A DNA stretch of 32,068 nt, from the NCBI GenBank assembly GCA_964483885.1, contig CAZADO010000143.1, forward strand, positions 1-32,068, read 5' to 3'. This DNA comes from an uncultured Alphaproteobacteria bacterium (GTDB lineage Bacteria; Electryoneota; RPQS01; DYHQ01). Shown one piece after another: positions 26,658 to 32,068 of the stretch (positions are counted from its first letter, which is position 1; each line of letters opens with the position of its first letter). The position numbers and the translations under genes were made by a program. The notes beneath the pieces are model-generated. The model did no database searches. It was not told where the DNA came from and saw only the letters and a list, made by a program, of their open reading frames with translations.

Positions 26658-27743
26658 TCAACGCTGCAAGTTTTTTATTCCGCTAAGTTTCGCCCGAATG
26701 CTCGCTATCAAGGTTTGTCTGCCAACGGGAATGCGGGCCTTCCCTGTCATTCCTGTTTGCAATCGCCTTTGGCTGTTCTCTAAGAGAGCGACTCCGTAAG
26801 CACCGGGAATGTCATCTTTAGCGTAGTCAATTCTGAGAAGTTCGGTGGTATGCAAAACGGATTGGTCGGCAATAAGCCTTATTTCAATTGGTGGTCTTTC
26901 CATCAACCAGGCAGCGTTTGCTTCAGAGATGGACATGATTGCTGCCATCGTATCCAAGCCTTCGACCTGCAACAGGATATTCGTATTGCTCCCCAACGTA
27001 AGTCGGCCATTGATAGGGGAAACGATGGCTTCCGTCTTTCCCAACGAGTGCTGTGTGCTCTCCACAACGCGCCGGAGACGTTCGATTTCTGTGCGGGCTA
27101 TCGCGATATCTTCAGGGCGTGCTCCAGCTTCTAACGCTTCGACTTGTGCCGTAGCTATTTTTAGTTCGGCCTCAAGAACTCGATAACGACTGTCTGTCTC
27201 CTGCCACTTAACCGCGGAAACAATCCCGGAATCATATTGCGCCTTGATGGAAAGATGTTCCAACTGAACCGCTTCAAATGCGGCTTCGGCTCGCTGCAAT
27301 TCGTGCTGAGCAATCTCGATGTCTTCAACACGCGCACCGGCAAGCAGCGCGTCGTGTTCCGCGTGTGCTTTAGCGAGATCAGCTTCGGAAACACTTAAGC
27401 GACCTAAGCCTTCGCGTGAGATGATTAGGGCAATCGTATCACCTTTTTCGACATAGTCACCGTCATGCAGATGGGACGTATATCTAATTTCGACAAGATC
27501 AGGACGCTCAAAATGCAACAGGAATTCATTGCCGCCGGAATCTAAAAGGTTCCGTTCCCAAGCTGTGATTATCTGACCTGCACCATCACGAGCTACATAC
27601 CATACCGACGCAGACTCGATGAGACAAGGAGCCTGAATGGACTGAGAGAATGGAATCGTCCCCGCCAATACCAGAAAAAGCAGAAGTACAAATAATACTA
27701 AAAAACGCTTTTTATGGATGGGTTGCAGCTGGTCTCCTATCAT
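26658..27743 (-). CDS. HlyD-family periplasmic adaptor (membrane fusion protein)
   Basis: Single N-terminal TM (FLVLFVLLLFLVLAG). Lipoyl-like hairpin DGDYVEKGDTIALI. Long coiled coil with duplicated GARVEDIEIAQHEL / GARPEDIAIARTEI segments. C-terminal beta-barrel-type region (GMTGKARIPVG). Confidence 0.7.
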   Translation of the reverse strand: MIGDQLQPIHKKRFLVLFVLLLFLVLAGTIPFSQSIQAPCLIESASVWYVARDGAGQIITAWERNLLDSGGNEFLLHFERPDLVEIRYTSHLHDGDYVEKGDTIALIISREGLGRLSVSEADLAKAHAEHDALLAGARVEDIEIAQHELQRAEAAFEAVQLEHLSIKAQYDSGIVSAVKWQETDSRYRVLEAELKIATAQVEALEAGARPEDIAIARTEIERLRRVVESTQHSLGKTEAIVSPINGRLTLGSNTNILLQVEGLDTMAAIMSISEANAAWLMERPPIEIRLIADQSVLHTTELLRIDYAKDDIPGAYGVALLENSQRRLQTGMTGKARIPVGRQTLIASIRAKLSGIKNLQR

Positions 27744-28202
27744 TGTCTATTCCTAAATCGCGCCGCACCTTTTGATGACTTAGAATTCAGTGAGACAAAA
27801 CTGGACAAGCGGGCGTATAATAACATCCGCCAAAAAAACAGTTCTGTTTCTTTGACAATCGAGCAGCCATTCGAGTTTATTAAGGAGGTTGCTGTTGTAT
27901 GCAGCTTGCCGCGGGAGCAAAACGGTTTTTTCAATGTATCCCAATGCACGGTATCGTTCGCTTTGCTATAGGATGGAGGGTTTCAATAGAATATACACAA
28001 ATTGCCTATCTAAGGCAAGGGAAATATTCAAAAACCAACTTATTCGATTAAAAAACAAGCCTCCATATAAATTCGGCAATAACCAGTCCTGCGAGAGGTT
28101 TCCTATCATACTGTAATATATGGCGTTATAATTCCTGACGTCCTATCGGATATATGAAAACCAAAGGTTAGGGCGGAAATTTTTAAGGGATTCGATTCTC
28201 TC

Positions 28203-28231
28203 TTGCATTTTAACTATTTTAGTATTATTTT
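28203..28231 (+). promoter_or_regulatory. Candidate sigma-70-type promoter for the cold-shock gene, implying a ~150-nt 5' leader
   Basis: TTGCAT, a 17-nt spacer, then TATTTT. The distance to the ATG at 28387 fits the long leaders typical of csp genes. This rests on a motif match only. Confidence 0.3.
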
Positions 28232-28386
28232 ACCCAATAACCACCGTCGTCAAGTTCGCTGTTGTATCCGTTTCCGGTTCCTTGCGAGTTTGATGTCCTG
28301 TATATGTTCACTTTGTTCGCTGGTTCAATCGGCGGTGGGTTCATTGGGCGAAGCGGCGAATGAAGCAGTTTTTTTGGAGGTTCGCA

Positions 28387-28596
28387 ATGGCGATCGGCAC
28401 TGTAAAATGGTTTGATGCAACAAAGGGCTATGGTTTTATTTCGGATGACGAAAATGGAACGGATATTTTCGTGCACCGTAATGATCTGACTAATTTATCT
28501 GACCCTGCCGGACTGCAGGAAGGGCAGAAGGTCAATTTCGAGGTTGCAAAAGGCCCGAAAGGACTGAAAGCGGTTAATGTGACGTCTGCTGACTAA
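28387..28596 (+). CDS. cspA: Cold-shock protein (CspA family)
   Basis: MAIGTVKWFDATKGYGFISDD...DIFVH contains the RNP1/RNP2 motifs. 69 aa. GGAGG lies 6 nt upstream of the ATG at 28387. The ORF-track start at 28360 adds a non-conserved extension. Confidence 0.9.
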   Translation: MAIGTVKWFDATKGYGFISDDENGTDIFVHRNDLTNLSDPAGLQEGQKVNFEVAKGPKGLKAVNVTSAD

Positions 28597-28623
28597 ACTT
28601 AGCTGTAGGATTCCCGCAAAACG

Positions 28624-28652
28624 AAGCGGATCCCATTGGGATCCGCTTTTTT
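28624..28652. terminator. Bidirectional rho-independent terminator between convergent csp and the minus-strand operon
   Basis: Perfect 11-bp stem aagcggatccc / gggatccgctt with a 3-nt loop, followed by tttttt and preceded by an A-rich run (gcaaaac). Confidence 0.85.
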
Positions 28653-28681
28653 GCATTTATTGGAATTTCTATCATATTCGA

Positions 28682-29620
28682 TTAAGTTGTCTCTAATGCA
28701 GCGGCTAACAGGGGAATCATGATTTCGTGATGGCCGATAAAGGTATAGCCTTTTCCCCCCGTCAGAGTCGGTCTTTGTACGACGTTCATACAGGGACGAT
28801 AATGCGAAGTCATATCGAAGTTTGCGGCATAGAAGTCGTGACAAGGATAGTTCAAATTGCGGGCAACCGCCAGAGCTTTCAGGAAGACTTCGGGCATGAT
28901 GACCGCGGAACCGACATTAAGAACGACTCCATCTTTGCTGAGCCCGGCAACCTGTTTGGCAAAAATACGGAAGTCATAGTAGGAAAGACGTCCCAGCGTC
29001 GCACCGTCCACTCCGGGATGTTCATGAAAAATGTCAGTGCCGATAGCAACGTGAAGCGTCAAAGGAATTCCGGCATTCAGGCATTGCACAAGAAGTGAAT
29101 CCTCTGCATAGGGAGCTTTTATCCGAATGAGAGCTTCCCCTAAGGCTTCACCCAATCCAATTTCTTTCGTTGAATTCTCTCGCAGCGTCTGGGTGAAAAA
29201 TTCACCGGTTTCACGCGCCATTCCGAATCGTCCGTCTTTCAGAGTATCCGCGACATCTTCGCTTGTCTGCCCGAAAAGCGCGATTTCGATGTCATGCACC
29301 GCAAAGGCTCCATGCGATGAAAGGCTCGATATAAAGCCGTTTTTAAGCAGATGAATCAGAATAGGCGAGAGCCCTACTTTCAAAGCGTGCGCGCCCGTCA
29401 TCCACAAAATCGGTTTTTTCCCTCGGGCTGATGTCATTCGCCCTGCGAATTCGCGCAGCTCTCCAGCCGCCAAAAAATTCGGTAATCCTTCCCAGAATTC
29501 CCGGAATGAAAGCTGTTCCTTTGCCGGTGTGGCGAAGTTTTTACGGGACACTTTGCTGGCGCGTTTTTGGACGGAATAGGTGGTCACACCTGAAAAATCC
29601 AAAGCTTCGTATCGGGACAC
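28682..29620 (-). CDS. Deoxyhypusine synthase-like (DS family) protein; tentative
   Basis: The segment layout resembles DS-family proteins: ILWMTGAHALKVGLSPILIHLLKNGFISSLSSHGAFAVHDIEIALFG, GIPLTLHVAIGTDIFHEHP and VVLNVGSAVIMPEVFLKAL. The call is from memory of the family pattern and needs an HMM search. Confidence 0.4.
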   Translation of the reverse strand: MSRYEALDFSGVTTYSVQKRASKVSRKNFATPAKEQLSFREFWEGLPNFLAAGELREFAGRMTSARGKKPILWMTGAHALKVGLSPILIHLLKNGFISSLSSHGAFAVHDIEIALFGQTSEDVADTLKDGRFGMARETGEFFTQTLRENSTKEIGLGEALGEALIRIKAPYAEDSLLVQCLNAGIPLTLHVAIGTDIFHEHPGVDGATLGRLSYYDFRIFAKQVAGLSKDGVVLNVGSAVIMPEVFLKALAVARNLNYPCHDFYAANFDMTSHYRPCMNVVQRPTLTGGKGYTFIGHHEIMIPLLAAALETT

Positions 29621-30430
29621 TTATTTACTCCCTATGGTTATGTAGGCAGGTTCTCCCGGTGTATATGTTTCAAGTTCGGCCGTCACTCTTCCAAAGAAGA
29701 CTTTTGATTGCATTAGCACAGGCAGTTTTCGGTCGTCTGCTGTGAACCAAATCCAGATGCGCGCGCTTTGATCCTTCTTAAAAATTCCTCCGGATTCCAA
29801 ACGAGGTTCAACGACATAACATTCGAATTCACCGGCAAGTGTTTTGATTTTCTCTTTCTTGCCGATAACAACCCGAAGTCCGTAGGTTTTGTTCACATCA
29901 TGAACAGGGACAATAAGTGTCGTATCTTCTGCAAAGGTCAGCGTGCGCACCCAGAAGACGGCACTGAGCACATCCTGAATTTGTTCAGGTATAGGATAAT
30001 CTCCTTTAATTTCTCCATCATCTGTGAGTCGTGCAACACGTTGGCCGTAGAGATATTCGACGAGTTTTTCGTCGTTGTAACGCCCTTCGTGTTGCTGCTT
30101 CTGATAGCGGTGAGTGTAAAGGCTGTCATAATCAATCCACGTCTCGATTTTGTCACGGACTCGGAAGATGGGATCGAATCCTTTAGCAGACCGCGCCTGT
30201 GATACTCCGTGGTAGCAAAGCTGTCCACGCACTCGTACCGTATCCAGAATCGTTATGCGCGCTTTCCCAGCAGGGATGAAGCCATAGCGAACATGATATT
30301 CGAGAGATTCTCCCAATCCAAACGGGAGACGGCGAGGAACCGCAGACGAATCGTTCGCAAAGCTTGGCGCGACAGCCAACAGTCCAGCCACAAAGGCTGA
30401 CATCAGATAGATAAGTGGATTTTTCAGCAC
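29621..30430 (-). CDS. DUF3108 domain-containing secreted protein
   Basis: Signal peptide LMSAFVAGLLAVAPSFA. Characteristic GESLEYHVRYGFIPAGKARI start of the beta-rich domain. Its stop abuts the start of the downstream gene. Confidence 0.55.
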   Translation of the reverse strand: MLKNPLIYLMSAFVAGLLAVAPSFANDSSAVPRRLPFGLGESLEYHVRYGFIPAGKARITILDTVRVRGQLCYHGVSQARSAKGFDPIFRVRDKIETWIDYDSLYTHRYQKQQHEGRYNDEKLVEYLYGQRVARLTDDGEIKGDYPIPEQIQDVLSAVFWVRTLTFAEDTTLIVPVHDVNKTYGLRVVIGKKEKIKTLAGEFECYVVEPRLESGGIFKKDQSARIWIWFTADDRKLPVLMQSKVFFGRVTAELETYTPGEPAYITIGSK

Positions 30431-30906
30431 TTCTTTTCCTCAGTAAATTTCACTTTCAGAATCTGCACAATTCGCTCCAACTCTTTATCCAGTTCTTTGA
30501 AACATCGCTCATATTGGAATGGATCTGCTCCAACGGGATCAGCGACTTCTCGATCTTCAAGAAGTTCACTGCGACCGTAATCTTTCAGCAAATAGATAGC
30601 TGCCGCTTTATCGGGATAAGCATAAGAAAGAAGATTCACATGACTTTCCGCCATTCCCAGAATGATATCGGCGCTGTGAACAATCTCTGCTGACGCCTGC
30701 CGTGTGCGATGCGAATTTAGCTTCAAACCGTGCGCAAGACCAGTTCCGATGGCCAGTGGATGTGCGGGGAAACCATGTTCCGTGGCGACGCCCGCCGACA
30801 GAACGTTCACATCCTGCAAGCCGTTTCGCTGCAATTTCCGCCGGAGAATGGCTTCTGCCATTGGGCTTCGACAGGTGTTGCCGGTACAGACAATCAAAAT
30901 CGTCAT
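30424..30906 (-). CDS. Low-molecular-weight protein phosphatase (LMW-PTP / arginine-tyrosine phosphatase family)
   Basis: P-loop VCTGNTCRSPMAE (CX5R-S), downstream acid EVADPVG, 160 aa. Confidence 0.9.
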   Translation of the reverse strand: MTILIVCTGNTCRSPMAEAILRRKLQRNGLQDVNVLSAGVATEHGFPAHPLAIGTGLAHGLKLNSHRTRQASAEIVHSADIILGMAESHVNLLSYAYPDKAAAIYLLKDYGRSELLEDREVADPVGADPFQYERCFKELDKELERIVQILKVKFTEEKKC

Positions 30907-31565
30907 CCGGAGGAATCCTTATGTAAGAAAGCGTGGATTTTGGCTGCTGGAATCGCTCCTTCGCGCAGGATTTTTACGGGCTCCATTCGAGCATCCACAA
31001 CCGTCGAAGCTACTCCCGTTAGTTTCTCGCCTGCGTCTATAACTAACGCAGCTTGCTTTAAAACGTCTTTGTCGATCTCTTGAAAATCCGACGGAGGAGG
31101 GGAGCCGGATCTATTGGCGCTTGTCGCCCAAAGTAATCCTCCACTAACTTTCAGAAGAGCGCGCATAAAATCATGATTCGGTATTCGATAGCCCAGAGAA
31201 CCATCAGGAGCATTGTATTTTGCGCTGATATCTGGATTCGCATACCAGATAATCGTTAAAGGTCCCGGCCAGAATTTCTTGGCAAGGCGAAGCGCCGAAC
31301 CTTTTAGGCTTCTGCCTGCGGTACGGTTCACGACCTCCAGATTTTCGACCAGCAAGACATAAGATTTGGAATCACGAGCTCTTTTCGCTGATGCAAGAGC
31401 ACGAAAAACCGATGGAGAAAAAGCGGCGCCGCCGATTCCGTACACCGTGTCGGTCGGGAAAATGAGCAGCGAACCGTTTTTCACAACTTGAGCGGCCTCC
31501 AGCAGAAGCTGCTCGCTGTTGTTCTCGGTAAGTTGGACTATTCTTGTTTTACCAATTTGAGACAA
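30903..31565 (-). CDS. tsaC: L-threonylcarbamoyladenylate synthase (YrdC/TsaC type, no Sua5 C-terminal domain)
   Basis: Motifs LIFPTDTVYGIGG, GPLTII, ATSANRSG and STVVD. The tsaC-then-LMW-phosphatase order mirrors ywlC-ywlE. Confidence 0.85.
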   Translation of the reverse strand: MSQIGKTRIVQLTENNSEQLLLEAAQVVKNGSLLIFPTDTVYGIGGAAFSPSVFRALASAKRARDSKSYVLLVENLEVVNRTAGRSLKGSALRLAKKFWPGPLTIIWYANPDISAKYNAPDGSLGYRIPNHDFMRALLKVSGGLLWATSANRSGSPPPSDFQEIDKDVLKQAALVIDAGEKLTGVASTVVDARMEPVKILREGAIPAAKIHAFLHKDSSG

Positions 31566-32061
31566 TGCGATTCAAAATGTCCTCTGTTAGTTTGCGAAGC
31601 GCTTCATCGATTCCCGTTTGTCGGTCGGCAAGGGAACCGGTGTAGGGATAGTTGCCCCATGTCGAGAAATTCTCCTTCCAAAGATCTTCTCCTGTGCCCG
31701 TTTTCTCAAGAGCAATCTCGCAGGTAATATCGAAGCGGTACTCCGAAACCTGTTCGTCGGCGGTGTACGTATTAGGCGTGTCGTTGATGCGCAAAATGGT
31801 GCCGTGAAGAATCGCATCCGCGCGGGATTCATCGACGATTTTCAATATTCCCTCACGCTGGAATCCTGTGATGAGAGCATCGGTAATCGTTTCCTGGATG
31901 CCGAACTCCGCCGTCTGGTTAGCAAAAAGCGGAATTGAAATGCTCTTGATATCACCGGCAACAGCCCCCGTAAACGAGTAATTTCCGCAGCCTAAAATAA
32001 ACGTACTCATGGCGAGTACTACACTGAGGCATATGCTGATTTTCCAATTCGTATTTTGCAT
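31549..32061 (-). CDS. lptE: LptE-family LPS-assembly lipoprotein
   Basis: Lipoprotein signal with FILGCGNYSFTG. This is followed by SIPLFANQT..., ADAILHGTILRI and FDITCEIAL, a pattern typical of FCB-type LptE. ~170 aa. Confidence 0.55.
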   Translation of the reverse strand: MQNTNWKISICLSVVLAMSTFILGCGNYSFTGAVAGDIKSISIPLFANQTAEFGIQETITDALITGFQREGILKIVDESRADAILHGTILRINDTPNTYTADEQVSEYRFDITCEIALEKTGTGEDLWKENFSTWGNYPYTGSLADRQTGIDEALRKLTEDILNRIVSNW

Positions 32062-32068
32062 GAGGTTG

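Noticed and set aside
28186-28200. The sequence gggattcgattctc resembles the 5' part of tmRNA or a tRNA T-arm-like element.
   Set aside because: No acceptor-stem complement, no T-loop GTTCGAATC plus CCA-proximal 3' end, and no tag-peptide reading frame follow. The downstream sequence is the csp promoter and gene.
27890-28268. 10-nt direct repeat gctgttgtat at 27890..27899 and 28259..28268.
   Set aside because: It is a single short pair with no flanking extension. It is only marginally unlikely by chance, and there is no associated mobile-element gene.
28203-28476. ORFs 28203..28415 (+, 70 aa) and 28225..28476 (-, 83 aa) in the csp upstream region.
   Set aside because: They overlap the csp leader and coding start. 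They are Cys/Arg-rich with no motifs or ribosome-binding site. The csp gene with GGAGG-N6-ATG at 28387 explains the region.
1-32068. Scan for CRISPR arrays, tRNA/rRNA genes, IS elements, integrases, toxin-antitoxin pairs, reverse transcriptases and prophage genes.
   Set aside because: I found no regularly spaced repeats, no T-loop/acceptor structures in intergenic DNA, and no ORF with transposase, integrase or RT motifs. By-eye scanning cannot exclude small or degenerate elements.

Overview
This 32 kb window looks like a chromosomal segment from a diderm bacterium. The gene content (Bat aerotolerance genes, LptE, SPOR lipoprotein, DUF2723, split BC/BCCP carboxylase of the propionyl-CoA type) suggests the FCB group or a related candidate phylum, but that is inference only. 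I support about 34 tightly packed protein-coding genes. A long + strand array runs 1..25014. Two - strand operons lie at 25210..27743 and 28682..32061, separated by a ~640-nt AT-rich spacer that carries a cold-shock gene. I saw no rRNA, tRNA, CRISPR array, transposase, integrase or phage genes. Most of the content is housekeeping: purE, accA, greA, lepA-lepB, birA-coaX, tsaC, lptE, and carboxylase and mutase genes. Three loci deserve a second look. (1) A self-contained operon encodes an HlyD-type adaptor, a VTC polyphosphate-polymerase-like enzyme and a DUF4956 membrane protein, with no conventional pump gene nearby. (2) One 969-aa ORF fuses an MrfA/YprA-like DExH + DUF1998 helicase to a DEDDy 3'-5' exonuclease domain, and it sits between metabolic genes. 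(3) A DUF2723 (TMEM260-like GT-C) + TPR glycosyltransferase is translationally coupled to an outer-membrane beta-barrel gene and flanked by GT2 enzymes and a polyprenol-phosphate-mannose synthase. All family calls come from motifs read in the supplied translations and remembered family signatures. No database search was possible, and start codons are approximate where noted.
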